Shown piece after piece: positions 51,299-64,000 of a stretch of 64,000 bases of DNA. Position 1 is the stretch's first letter; the number at the start of each line of letters is the position of its first letter. Source of the stretch: Protoeuglena noctilucae. Lineage: Eukaryota. The notes under the pieces were generated by a model. That model saw only the letters and a program-made list of their open reading frames with translations, was not told the origin of the DNA and did no database searches. The stretch lies in NCBI GenBank assembly GCA_958009085.1, contig OY253676.1, forward strand, positions 930,001 through 994,000, written 5' to 3'. The position numbers and the translations under genes were made by a program.

Positions 51299-54200
51299 TC
51301 ACGCCACTGCCACGACAGCCGACGTCTGCTCCCCCTCGACCGTCGCGGCTGCATCCCCGCCGGGCGCCTGCCCGCCACCGGCCGCCACGACGAAGGCACT
51401 CGGGTCGATGGTCACCGACTGCAACGGGAGTGCAGTGGGACGGGTCACCTCAGCCAGCTCACCCGCACTCTCGTCGCTCCACAATCGGGCTCGTCACACA
51501 CACCCCTCACGACACCCCGGACGCTCACCTTGGTCATGTTGTGGGTCTTGTAGATGCCCACCAGGCGGTCGGCCAGCTCGAACATGTTGTTGCGGAGGGA
51601 GATGATGATGAACTGGGCGTCGCGGGTGCGGTCCTTGATGTAGTGGCCCACGATGGAGACGTTGCTGCGGGAGAAGAAGCAGGACAGCAGCGGCGGTGGG
51701 GGCGGATGGGTGGGCAACACGATTAATCATCTCGGTGCTTTACTCTAACTCTTCTGTCGATGCCACTGCGGCGCACCACGCGCGCTGTGCGCCCCGTCCA
51801 CCTCCCCCCGCACACTTGAGTGCCCCCAACCCCCCTCCCCATTGAGCATGGCACGCCTCACCGGAAGTCGAGGGCGGCGTCGATCTCGTCCATGACGTAG
51901 AGGGGCGTGGGGCGGTAGTGGTGGAGCGCGAAGACGAGCGCGAGGGACGAGAGGGTCTTCTCCCCCCCCGACAGATTCGCGATGTTCTTCCACGACTTGC
52001 GGGGGGGCCGCACCGAGAAGACCACCCCCTCCGAGAAGGGGTACAGGGAGTCCACCAGCTCCAGCTCAGCGTCGCCGCCGAGCGTGATCATCTGATACAT
52101 CTCCTTCAGCTTCAGGGCGATGACTGGGGGGGGGGTGGGGTGGTTGTGGGGTGGGGTGTCAGGCATGCCGTGCGCCCCACGCACATTCTGCCTGTCATGT
52201 CATGACGCGGTGCCGTCGCTGGCTGCTCCCTCACCGTTGAACCCGGCCATGAACTCGTCCAGTCGCTGCTTGCGCAGGGCCTCGTGCTTCCCCCGCGCCT
52301 CGTCCCGCCGCGCAGTGCACGCCTCCAGCTCCGCGGCACGGTCAGCGTACTCTGCCGCACGCTCCCTGCAGACAGCGAGACAGGCAGACACGTTGAGAGA
52401 AGACGTCAAGGCACAGCAACCCAAGCATGGCGCGTGTGAGGACACGGCGCAGTAGGTCAGTGCCTGCCCTGCTAAGCCCATGGCTCACAACAAAAAGTCC
52501 CTGGCCCCGCATGCCCCCTCACCGGTACCGCTTGATGACGCTGACGTCCACGTCCATGTCCGCCACCGCCGCCTGCAGCATGGCCAGCTCCCCCTGGCAC
52601 CGCTGCAGGGAGTCGGGGTACCCCCCGGGGGCGATGGCCGCCAGCTCCTCCTCGGTCAGGGGCCCGGGGGCAGCCGCGCCGTCGCCGTCCGCCGCGGACT
52701 CGCGCTTGCGCTGCGGGTGAGAGGCGAGGCGGTGATCATTTTAAGTAGTAGTGCAAACACTGAAAGAGGTCAGGATCGGGCCGACGGTGGTGACAGAGCC
52801 CGGCCAGTGAGATAGAGAAGGGTCTCTGTGGAACCACGCCTGTGCATAGAATGACTCAGGCATGCGCCACCATGCAACACCCTCCCATCTCCCACCTCCT
52901 CGGCCCTCTTCACCGCCTCCTTGGCCCAGTACTTGGCGCTCTTGCGCTCCTCCCCCGCCGCCTTCTCCAGGGCCTCCCTCTTGCGGCGCAGCTCCCCCAG
53001 GGCACGGCGCGCGTCGGTCATCAGCCGGTCCCGCTCCTCGTACGCCTCCCGCACCTCGTCCAGGGCCTGGCGCTTCGAGGCGAGCAGGGCCTCCACCTGA
53101 GGGGAGAGCGAGGGGGCGTGGGGGATCGGTGCGGGCGACGGGGGGTCGAGCGGTGGGTGTGGAACACAGTGGGGTTGGCTGATGCGAGTAGTGCAGGTTG
53201 CAGGGTGGGACTGTTGCGGAGCCCCTGTTGCTGTCCATGGCACTTTCACTACGACCACCACCACCCCCTCTATTCACCTCCTGGTGCTTCTTCATCACCA
53301 CCAGCGCCTCGTCCTCCAGCTCCCGCAGTGCCTTGCGCTTGCCCTCCACCGCCTCGGCCACCTCCCCCGCCTCCTTCTCCGCAGCAGCCACCTCCGCCTC
53401 GCACTTGGCCACCGCCTTGCGCAGGGACTGCGGCCAAGCACGCGACACAAGGTGCTATCGTCATCCTCCCTTGATCATACACAGCCATGCCGCCCCTGAC
53501 ACCCCCCCCACCCCCCAGCCACTTGCCTGCGCCTGCACTCGCTTGCGCACGGCCTCGGCGCGCATCCCCTCCACGTCCCCCTCCATGCGGGCGATGAGGT
53601 CCTTCTGCCGGCGCAGGGGCGCACCCCCCGCGTCGTCCACCTCCTTGCGCAGGCGCTCCACCTCGGCGCGCAGGCCCCCGCACTCGGACTCCAGCGACGC
53701 GATCGCCTCCTCGCCCCGCGCCATCTCCTCCACCAGCTCCGCCAGCCGCCGGGAGGGGGCCTGCGCCCCGGCCGCCGCCTCCCGCAGCGACGCCACCTGG
53801 GCCCTCAGGTCCGCGGCCTTGGCGGACTCGGCCTCAGCCTCCATGGCCGCCTGGGGAGATGGGGAGGAGGGTGAGGTTAGGGCAAGCCGGTGAGAGATGG
53901 GGTGACGGAGTGTCATGTGGCCCGCGGTGCGATGGGGAGGAGAGGGAGTGGAGAGGGGTGGGTCACCCGGTGTGCGGCACACGGCACACAGAGCGTCGAG
54001 AGTCGCACACATGCTTCCGCCCCTGCTTCCCCCACCCAGGTCCTCGCCTTGGGTGCCGCCCTGCGGACGTCCCTGAGCTCCGCCTGCGCCGCCCTCAGTG
54101 CCTCCTTGGCCGTGGCTGTCTCTGCCCGGGCCTCCTCCAGCGCCGCCTCTAGCTCCGACACCTCGCGGCCCACCGCCTCCACCTCACGCTGCGAACGGGG

Positions 54201-57200
54201 CAGAAGAGGCGCCGGCGTCACGCGCTCGAGCGCTGACCCTAGTCCAGGCCACCCGCGCCCACACTGCAACGCCCTACGCTGCACCTCTGACACGTTTCCC
54301 TCTCATGCCAACTCACTCGTTGGCACTTATATCGGAGCATTGACACCCACACCCCGTCCCGTCTCACCTCGAGGCCCTCGGCGCCGTCGTCCACGGGCGG
54401 CCGCGTGCCCACCCGCATGCGACCAGACCTGGGGGGACCCTGACCGCCGCCCGAGACGGCACCCGACTCGACGATCAGCTCCCCCGCCAGCGTCACCACG
54501 CGGCGGAAGCGGCGGTCCGGGCCTGGGAGGGTCAGGGGGTGTGCGTGTGTCAGCACTGGCACCACCCGTCACATGAGGTGGGAGTGAGTTCATCATGCCG
54601 CGCATGACTCGCCCCATGCACTGTTAAGACCATATCTGCACCACACGTGTGTCTTGCGCCGCCACCCGTGCCCCCGCCGCCCGTGCCCCCTGCCCCCCCT
54701 CACCGTAGGCGATACGGGTCGCCTGGTCGAGGTCGTCCGCCACGACCGTGTCGCGCATGGCGAAGAAGAACGCCACGCGCAGTCGGTCGTCGGCCACGCG
54801 GACGAGGTCGAAGAGGCGGGGGACGCCCTCCGGGGTGCCCCCCTGGGCCCCCCTGCGCATGTCGGCCTCCAGGTGCCGCTGCTTGTCGAGGATCAGGAAG
54901 GTCGCCACGCCCAGGCGCTGGGAACGCAGCAGCTCCACGCACGCCTGGGCGCTCTGGGCGTCCTCCACCACCACGAAGTCCAACGCGGCACACGCCTGGG
55001 GGCGACCACGGGGGTTAGATGTAAGCAGAGGCGTCGCACACCAGTTGGGCAGTCGAGGTGTCAGCGAGGGCGGCGGGGGTGGAGCAGTGGAGACGCGGTG
55101 TGTCACTGTGAAACCTTAATTGGCCACGACCCGTTGCAGCAGTCCATGCTCGCAGCGCCGCCACTCGCCTGGGACGCGGCCACGTCGTACTTGGGGTCGA
55201 TGGTGCCCAGGTCGCCCAGGCGGCCGTAGATGCCGGGGATGGCGCGGCGACGCTTGGCCTCGTCCAGGGCTCGGAACACGCGCCCCCGACCGCCGCCGTC
55301 CGCCAGGGCCGCGCGGCGCTCCTCGAGGCGGGCGCGTGCGTCCGACAGCGATGCGGAGAGCTGGGAAGGAGCAGGGGCAGTGTGGTGGGACACGGCAGAG
55401 CTGGGTACAACTTAACCAGCCACGCAGCACCGCGTTGAACACAGTGCCAACCATCCTGCCCATCCCTCGATCTCACGCCCGCTCCGCTCGCCTGCTCCTC
55501 CCGCCCGGCCGCCTCGGCCGCCATCCGCTCCGCGCGCGCCACGTCCTTGGCCGCCTCGGCCTCCGCCCCCCGCAGCCGCTCGGCCTTCGCGCGCCTCTCC
55601 CGCGCCGCCCCCTCCGCCGCAGCGATGGCCTCCTCTGCCTCTGCCACCTTGGCCGCCGCCTCCTCGGCACGCCCCGTCAGCAGCCGGTGCTCGGAGGCCG
55701 CCACCTCGAACTGGGAGCGGGCCTGGGGTACGGGGGGGAGGAGCGAGAAGTCAGATGGAGGGGTGAGTGGCTAGAGAGAGTGGGGGTATGATGGGTCAAA
55801 GCCAAGTGCGTCAGGCCAGGGGTGAGGAGCCATGCACGCGATGCCGCTTGGCATCAACCCCAGCACCTCCCCTGCCAGCCGCGCCCCCTTGCCTGCGTTA
55901 GCTTCTCCTCCCACGGCGCCAGTGCCTTTCTGGCCCCCTGCAGCGCCACCGTGCGGTGCTCCACGTCCTCGCGCACCTCCTCCCACATCAGCGCCACCTT
56001 GGCACGCTCGCGCTCCAGCTGCGGGGGAGGACGAGAGAGGCGATGAACAGGTCAGACAGCACCGTATGGTGGCGACTAGAGTGTCGCATGGCGTATCCTG
56101 CTCTATGACCACGCCTGCACCCTGACGCCACCCCCTGGGTACGTCTCAGCCCCTCGCCTGCTTCTCCGTCTTGTCCGCCCGCGCCTCCAGCTCCGGCCCC
56201 GCGGCCTCCGCCTCCTCGGCGCCGTCCGTCGCCTCCCGCAGCCGCGTGCGTGCCTTGGCCGCCTTGCCCTCGGCCGTCTTGCCCTTGGCCTTCAGGTGCT
56301 TGAGGTCCTCCTTGAGGCCCAGGTCACGCGCCTCGAAGGCCCGGAAGTCCGCGTCCACCTTCTCCATCTCCGACTCGATCGCCCGGTGCTCCTTCTCGAT
56401 GGCCTTGAAGGTGCGCTCGGCCTCGGCGTGCTCCGACGCCAGCGCCTGGCCCTGGGACTCCTCCTCCTGTGAAGGGAGGAGGGTGGGGGGTGAGTAGATG
56501 CAGGGATCGACTCTCAAGAGTGATGCAGCGACGGATGCAGGGGGCTGATATGGTGAACCGACTCAGGGGTGGATGCAGGGGCCGACATGGGCTCTCCGTT
56601 GGCGACATGCAGGCTCCACTGGGCCGTGACCCTCTCAGCCCCTCCCAGCCCCTCACCTTCTCGCATCGCTCCACCTCCCGGATCTTGTCCTCGATGGCCG
56701 CCACGTTCCCCTGCGCCTTGGCCAGGCTCAGCTGCGCCTCGGCACACGCCCAGTACCGGATCTCGCGCTCCTTGGCCAGGTACGCCTCGGCCTCCTGCCG
56801 GGCGCCCTCCAGCGCCGCCACCTCCGTCTCCGCGACCTTGACGCGCTGCGGGGAGGGGGCGGCCGCTCTGCTGACGCCGGCAAAGAGCACCGGCGATGGC
56901 AACGGTCGGCCTGGGCGCGCCATCCCAACCACCGACCCCGGGCCGAGTCCGGCTTAGCGTTACGCTGCGAGTGCGGGCCATATCATCGCTCAGCATTCCT
57001 CCCTCAGCCCCCCTTGCCTGCAGGACTCCCTGCCTCTCCTCATTGAGCTTTTCCAGGGCCTCGCACATCTCCACCAGTGGCTCCACGAAGCGGGACGTGC
57101 CGATGATGTCCTCCAAATACTCGAGGAGGCCTGCGAGGGCAGTTGACGCAGCATGTAAGGGCAGGGCCCAGCACGCACTGCGCTGAGCCATGCACGTAGA

Positions 57201-58478
57201 GAGCACAGCGCATCAGACAAGCCACGCACCCGTGTCGTTCTTGTCCGTGGCCTTGGGCTTCATCATGGAGATCTGCTCGACCTCTCCCTGCAGGATGAGG
57301 AACCGGTTGTTGTCCAGGTCGATGCCCTTGCCCTTGAGCAGCTGCGTGACCTGGCCGAATGACGACGGCCGGCCATCCACGTGGTACGTGCTCGTGTTGT
57401 CGCGGTGGGCCGTGCGGGAGACCACCAGGGACGTGCCGGGGACCTCCTCGAAGTCATCGCCGCCGCGGTCTGAGGCGAGGCAGGACCGGAGAGGGTCGGA
57501 GATAGGTGGTGGGGACAAGACAGGTGTGAGGCATGCGGGCGCAGGGGCGAGGCGAACCGACGAAGCAGGTGCCTGGCCCGGCGACGCCTGCCGTCCACGG
57601 CACCCTGGGCTCACCGAGGATTTCGGTGAAGTGGACGGCGACCTTGGCATAGGTGCAGTTGGGTGCCGCGGCCGAGTGGTGGATGAGCTCCGAGACCTTG
57701 CGGAGGCGCAGCTGTTGGGCGCGCTTGCCGAACACGAACAGCATGGCGTCGATCACGTTCGACTTGCCCGACCCGTTCGGGCCGACGACCGCGGAGAAGG
57801 ACTTGTGGAAGGGACTGCGGGGGCGTGGGTCTCGCAGGCTCTCAGCGCGCCGCTTCCGGGAGTCCACGGAGCCTCAATGAAACCACTAGGACAAGAACAA
57901 GAACGAGAGGGATGAAAGACGACGCAAAGAGGGCCGTCGTATCCGGGCGCGCCGTGCGACCGCGAGGCAAACAATGGGCAGGGCCCGCCGCACTCGGCGC
58001 GCCCCGGCAGCCCCCCAAGGCGTAAACGGGAAGGCCATGTATCACAACATGCATATTGCGGGTACAGGGAGCACGCGGACCGACCCGGTTCAAACGCGGG
58101 CGGAAGAATGTACGGCGCTGGGAAAGCGGGGACGGGCCTGCGCTCGCAAGAGAAAGGCCTCCGCGGGCGCGCACTCTCGCACGCAGACAAGTGCTGCCTG
58201 CCACACGCTCGGTGCAGCAGGACCCACGCCCGGGAGCGCGGCGCGAGGCGTTGTTGCCAGGCCTGCCCTGGGCAGGCGCGGGCTCAGCAACGCTGGACGC
58301 ACGCTTCCGCAGCCGATAACGCAGCGAATCAGTAGGTGATTTCTAAGCGACATGCGCCTCACCCCACGCGCTGCTCCCCGGCGTAGGACTTAAAGTTCTC
58401 GAGCACCATCTCCGTGATGACGAGCCGGCGGACGCCGTCACGCGACGGCGTCCGTCCGGGTGTGGACTCGACGTCCAT
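51299..58478 (-). CDS. SMC4: Condensin subunit SMC4 (about 21 introns)
   Basis: RLVITEMVLENFKSYAG..G|PFHKSFSAVVGPNGSGKSNVIDAMLFVFG (Walker A); NNRFLILQGEVEQIS; GLLEYLEDIIGT; hinge IPGIYGRLGDLG; LSGGEKTLSSLALVFALHHYRPTPLYVMDEIDAALDF; AQFIIISLRNNMFE. Confidence 0.97.
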
Positions 58479-59002
58479 CGTCGCTCCGCTGCAGGCCCGC
58501 GCTCAAGGGCGCATAGCACGGCGACCCTCGCAAGGCGTCGCGAAGCAAGGCGTCGCCTACCGCGTGGCGACCCGCAATCTCCCAGGCACGAGCTCGGATA
58601 TGCCTGATGCGGCCCTGCGCAGCGCGAGGACGAGCCTGAGGCCCGTTCGTGCAAGTTAGCAGTGTCGCCCCGTGCCCGACGCTCTGGCACGGATAAGAAG
58701 CGCTGCCCGGAAGACCCCGAGCTCATGACTGCACCCCGCGAGCTGCGCTGGGCGCTGCTGGGGCATCCGTTACGCGGGGCGGGGCATTTCTTGCCTGACA
58801 CGCCTTTTGAAATCCCAGCCCTCTTGGCGCCTCCAGAGCCTTTCCTGAACAAACGGGTATTTGGCGCCTCGGCAGTTGCGCACGGTCCGTGAACGTGGCG
58901 GGCTTTGGTGCTCGGGCTGCTCGCACCTCTTGGCACAAGCGCAGCTACATCTGACATCGACCGCCGCGGCCGCGGGGGAAGGGCAGCCCCATCGCGGTAG
59001 CT

Positions 59003-62000
59003 ATGGACTTTGACGATGGCATTCTCTCCCCCGCGAGCACCCCCGGCGGCCGCTCCGCGAGGGCGCACGACCCCGCCAACTCGTTCGTCGGCCTCAGCCG
59101 AGAGGTGAGCCCCTGCAGCCCTGCCGCCGCATCCTTCGGGCGGGAAGGCGGCTGGCATCGGAGGCTCGATCCTCAGACGGTGCCTTGCGCGTCCTGCACG
59201 ACGGCATCCATGCTTGTTGATGGCATCTTCGTGGCTCGCAGGAGGCGCTCACCCCGCCCCTCAGCGCCGTTGCGAGCTCCTCGGTGGGCGGCACGGGTGA
59301 GAGTGGCTGCAGCAGCACGAGATTGCTCCATCACCGATTGTGCGCCTTTCGCAATGACCCAATGCATGGATTCCACGCAGCCATGACGCGTGCTCGACCG
59401 GCGCTGGACAGCCAGCACATGGGTCTCACCCGTCGTCGCACCGAGGTGAAATGAAGGGTTGTTGACGATGCCAGGCTGTTTGGGTGTCACATCCAGAGCA
59501 CAGCCAAGCTGCGCTCACTGCAGCCCCAGCAAGCCGCTGATGAAAGGTTGCCCCAGTCCGTGGCTTTGCAGTTTATGAGCGCCAAGTCTGCGGATGTACC
59601 ATCGGAAGTCTCCAGCCGTGGAGCGAGGGGAGCGGAGGCAGCGGGGCACCTGGCGAGGCGAGTGAACTCATGCGCGTTTCCCCCGTAACCGTGGGACATG
59701 GTCAGGCAGGGACTGAATCAATGCCCATGACGAAGAAAGGTGGTCAATACGTGCAACTTCTTGTCGCCAAGTGCTTCCCCTCCCAGTCCCTGCAGTGCGG
59801 AGGACCTGATGCGTGACCTGCACGACACCAAGGCCACGGCCCAGGAGGAGATGGACAAGATGAGAGACGTGCTGCAGCGCATAGAGGTGGGCGCGACACA
59901 TGGGGCGTTGCTGGACGCAAGCAGATGGTCGTGGCCCTGTCTTTTTCATGCGTGCAAGTCAACTGTCTGCTTCATTTCTGTCGCAGCTCATGGAGCAGCT
60001 GTCAAGCGAGCTGCAGCACTCGCTCGGCGCAGGGGACGGCCCTCCCTCTGCTCACCAGCCACGCCCACATGCAGCGCAAGCCCCGGCCTCCGCGCCCAAG
60101 GTACCACCCGTAGATTGCAAGCTCCTGATGCGCCGCGTGCCGCCTCATCGATCAGGGACGTCCCTCCCGCCCTCCCGCAGTCGCTGCATGCGCTGGCGTA
60201 CGGCCCCCTGCCTCTGTCGACCAGCCCCTCTGCGGACAGCGGACTCCCAGACCTGGGGGCCACACCGCGGGGCGCGCCACGGCCCGTCACAGACGCGGGC
60301 TCCAGCAGCCGACGCCGCAGTGACCGTGCTGCAGGTCGCCCCCGCGTCCCTGCCCGCCGCGCTCCCTTCGGGTCGTCCACCGACGGCACCGGGGACGGCA
60401 CGGGGGCCGGCACGGGCTCGAGCGACCGGGCGAGCGTGGCGCGGGAGCTGCGGGCCATCCGTGAGGCCCTCAAGGAGCAGCGGGAGATGCACCGGGGGAT
60501 GCGGGACGAGATGCGGGAGGAGCGCATCAGGGGCGTGGCGCAGGCGAGGCGTGCGGCACCAGCACTGGGCAGGGTGGCACAGCTGGGACGGAGTGCAGTG
60601 TCTCACTGACGATGGTCCACCCCGCGCAGGCCATGGAGCGCCAGCTGGCGGCCCTGCAGCAGCAGCTGGCCGCGGTGGCCGCGACCCCGCACCTCCAGGC
60701 AGCCGCCGCGCACCTCCGCTTCTCCCAAAGCCCCTCCCCGCTCCCCTCGCTGCCCCCGGACCCACGCATGCACGCCACCGCCACGACACCCCGCGCCGCA
60801 GCAGCTCTGCGCCCCGAGGGGTCCCTGAACGCAGACGTAGTCGCCGTGAGCTTCGTGGACGACCTCCACGAGGGTCCGCAGGGACGCACCGCACCAGCGC
60901 CTGCACATGTGCAGGGGCCGCAGCAGCCCCAGGCATCCCGCTCCCCGATGCGTGGTGGTCCACGAGGGCGGGTCATTCCCGCGCGACCCTCCGCGAGCCC
61001 CGCACAGGGTCCAGCACCGCACCAGGCCGCCCCCGCCACCCGCTTGGCACCTCGCCACGCCGCCCCCGCACCTATGGAGGTGTCCCAGTCATCCATGGAT
61101 GTGCTGGACGAGGTGGTGGACCGCCTGGTGACGGGCCTCGTGGAAGGGGAGGGCGAGGGGGAGGCAGACTACGAGCCCGTGCCGGACCTCAGCGACATTG
61201 CCGCGCCAGGTGAGACATGAGGGAGGGCACAGCTGTTACCCAAAGCAAGTGCATGTAGTTGCTGCGCAGTGTTGCTCTGCGTACCTGCCGCAACTCCCCT
61301 GCACTGTCCCACCTCCCCAGTCACGCCCGCGCGGCCACCCTACGGCCCCCCCACGGACCCCGCGCCCGGGCACTTCGGGCCCAGGACGCCCGCCGCCCAG
61401 CGCGGCACGCTGCGGCACGCTGTGGCTGCGCGCATGGGAGCCTCTAGCACGCATGGGGGTGGTGCGGAAGCCCACAACGTGGGCAATGGCACCGGTCGCT
61501 CGGCAGCTGCCTGGGGTGCCAGTTCTACACCCAGGGAGGGTGGCGTGCAGGGGCAGCGGACCCCCGACATGCGTGCAGGGATGGCGGCGGCATCGGTTCC
61601 ACGAACTCCGTCCCCTTCTCGGCGCCTGGCAGACCCGGCCGCCCAGCACCCGCGCCCCTCGCCGCGCCAGTCGTCGCCCCGCCCCTTCGCCGGGTCGTCC
61701 CCTCCCCGCGCGTGGCTGGCGGAGCTGGCGGTGCGTGGCGCGGAGGGCGCGCGGGAGCTGTCGCAGCTGCGTGAGCTGGTGTGGACGCAGCGGCAGCGTG
61801 GCCAGCTGCAGCCCCGCACGATGAGCCACGTGGCGGCGCGGGTGGAGGACGTGGCCTTCGTCGTGGAGGGGGTCATCCGGGAGCTGGGCCGCGTGTGGGG
61901 CGACGTGATGCCCGCGGCGGAGGTGGCGGAGGCCTCAGCACAGGCGGCGAGGGCGGCGGCGGAGGCGGTGAGGGAGGTGAGGGAGGACGTGCTGCCAGGG

Positions 62001-64000
62001 CTGGTGGAGGGGCTGGGGGACCTGGGGCGGCGCGTGGGGGAGGTCGAGGGCGCGTCGCAGGAGGCGAGGGCGGCGGGGGACGCGGCAGCGAGGGCAGAGA
62101 GGGGTGCGCGCGAGGCGGCGGAGAGGGCGGGGGAGGCGGAGAGGGGCGCGCGGGAGGGAGTGGAGCGCGTGGGGGCGGGGCTGCGTGCCTTGGAGGAGCG
62201 GGCGGAGCGGGAGGGGCGCGCGACGGGGGAGCGGCTGGAGAGGGTGGAGAGGGAGGGGCGGGAGGTGCGGGGGCGCCTGGCTGCGGTGGAGGGGCGGGCG
62301 GGGAAGGCGGTGGAGGCGGCGGACGAGGCGCGGGAGGTTGCAGGGCGGGCGGAGGCTGCGGGGGAGCGTGCGAGGGTGGCGGCAGAACGCGCAAGGGAAG
62401 AGGTGGGGCGTGCAAGAGAGGAAGCGGGGCGTGCGAGGGAGGCGGGGGAGAAGGCGGCGTCGGTGGGGAAGCGCGCCTGCGAGGAGGCGGGGGAGGCGCG
62501 GGAGTGGGCGAGGGAGGCGCTGGGGATGCGGGGGGACCTGGAGGCACGCATCGCGGCCAGCGAGGAGGCGAGTGGTGGCGTGGCGTGGTGTGGGAGATGC
62601 ACGGGCGGGCAACGCAGATGCGCCTTTCATGGAGTCTTTGGACCCAGCTCTGTTCGCCACTCTAGTTACGACATCAACCGCTCCCTTACCCTGACCTCCC
62701 CAGGCCCTGGTGCACCGCTGCTGTGGCTTGGAGTCGCAGATCACCGACCTGGGCCGTGAGGTGCGGGACGCCCGGGAGGCCGCGCGGTCGGACCTGATGA
62801 CCCACGCTGCCGAGGCGAGGGCGGAGGCGCGGAGGGGGCGGGAGGCGGCGGCGGCAGACCTGGCAAGGGCAGCGGGGGCGTGGCGGGAGGAGTGGGGGGA
62901 GAGCCGGAGGGGTGAGAGAGGCGCTGGCAACAGGAACCGCCGTATGCGTTGCACGTCTTGTGAGAGCGCGCAGCACGTGCGACGGCGCGTGCCTGGCTTG
63001 CCTTGTGCAACGCCTTGCCACCCCCCGCCTCCCCAGCTCTGGCGGCTGACATGGCCCGCGCCCATGCCGAGGCAGGGGACCTCTTGCTCGCGGAGCTGGA
63101 GCGCCACCGGGAGGGAACAGCAGCTGCATTAGCTGAGGCATCGCGGCGGCAGCAGGAGGCGGAGGGGCGGGCGACGCGGCTGGGGGAGAGCCTGGAGGCT
63201 GCGTGGGGGGAGATGCGTGTGCTGGGGAGGCAGGCGAGTGGGAGAGGGTGGCGGTGCGGAGTCATCGTCGTTGCGGGGTGACATGGACCAGATTGACCAG
63301 GGATCGTGGGGTTGCCTTGCAGGTGCTGGGCATGGACGGGCCATTGAAGGAGGCGGGGCGTGCGGTGGCGTTGCATGCCCAGGCCCTGGCGCGGCTGGAG
63401 GAGGACGCCAAGGCAGCGAGGGTCGAAGCGGCAGCAGCCGCGGAGCGGTCGGCGAGGGCGGCGGAGGCGGCAGAGGCGGCCGTGGGTGAGTGGCGCATGT
63501 GTCTCACTGCCTGCATCCCTGTGCGGTTTGCGCCAGACCAGGCATGCGGTGCTAGTCTCCTCCACACACCATTCTCCCACCAACAGCAGCACTCCTCACC
63601 CCCATGTAATCCCCCCCAGAGGCCACGGACCGCCACGCCCAGCAGGCGTCGATCGTGTCAGAGGTCATGGAGGCCTTCGAGCGAGCCCTGGCCGAGTCGC
63701 GTGCCCGGGAGGTCGAGCGCGATGCGGCGGCTGTGCAGCTGCGGGAGGACGTGGACCGCAAGCTGAGGGCCGCGAGGGTGCCCAGGGAGGAGGCCATGCG
63801 CGCCGTGGGGGCCGTGCAGGCGAGGGGGTGTTGGTGTTATGGAGACGCGTGAGGAGTAGAGCAGTCAGTGTGACACCAGATGATTGGATGGAGCTTGGCA
63901 CCAGCATGTTTGTAATGGACTGCAATCAGTTACTGTACTCTGTTCTTACCCCAGGAGGTGGTCACGGCTCAGTCGGAGATGGACGCCCGCCTCCACGCCC
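59003..64000 (+). CDS. Large uncharacterised coiled-coil protein, multi-exon, runs off the right edge
   Basis: ATG 59003 MDFDDGILSPASTPGG..|gtgagc. Exons with heptad E/A/R-rich helices (DLHDTKATAQEEMDKMRDVLQRIE; ELSQLRELVW...AREAAERAGEAERG) alternate with Pro/Ser-rich exons, with consistent splice phases. No family recognised. Confidence 0.75.

Noticed and set aside
59536..59580. CTGATGA hammerhead-core-like motif
   Set aside because: There is no downstream stem II/GAAA arrangement, and it lies within a probable coding exon.

Overview
This is GC-rich (about 70% by eye), gene-dense, intron-rich eukaryotic nuclear DNA. It is most likely from a flagellate chlorophyte green alga, inferred from a plastid-type EF-G with a simple transit-peptide-like leader and a SPATA4/SPEF1-type axonemal gene. 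Most ORFs in the supplied track are GC-driven artefacts, so I rebuilt the genes by hand from splice signals and protein motifs. There are 19 spliced protein-coding genes: a SPATA4-like CH protein, two calmodulin-like proteins, a secreted tandem-MRH lectin-like protein, PTC7-type PP2C, a divergent actin, SURF1, an unknown plastid-targeted protein, eIF2B-beta, a 5-KH RNA-binding protein, Gemin5-like WD40, an S8 subtilase, 2-Cys peroxiredoxin, SPT5, RPS15, plastid EF-G, a multi-membrane-spanning cyclic-nucleotide phosphodiesterase, SMC4 and a coiled-coil protein. I found no tRNA, rRNA, CRISPR array or recognisable transposase. The most notable observations are: (1) a class I PDE carrying a TM/ectodomain/TM/HAMP-like module that resembles the ion-channel-like part of ciliate/apicomplexan adenylyl cyclases; (2) at least 18 GC-AG introns, all with AG|GCRAG donors; (3) a subtilase with an extra N-terminal CBM-like domain and a Pro/Thr tail; (4) a divergent actin; (5) a G4-prone minisatellite with higher-order structure. 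Exon boundaries, and especially 5' ends, are manual predictions without transcript support.
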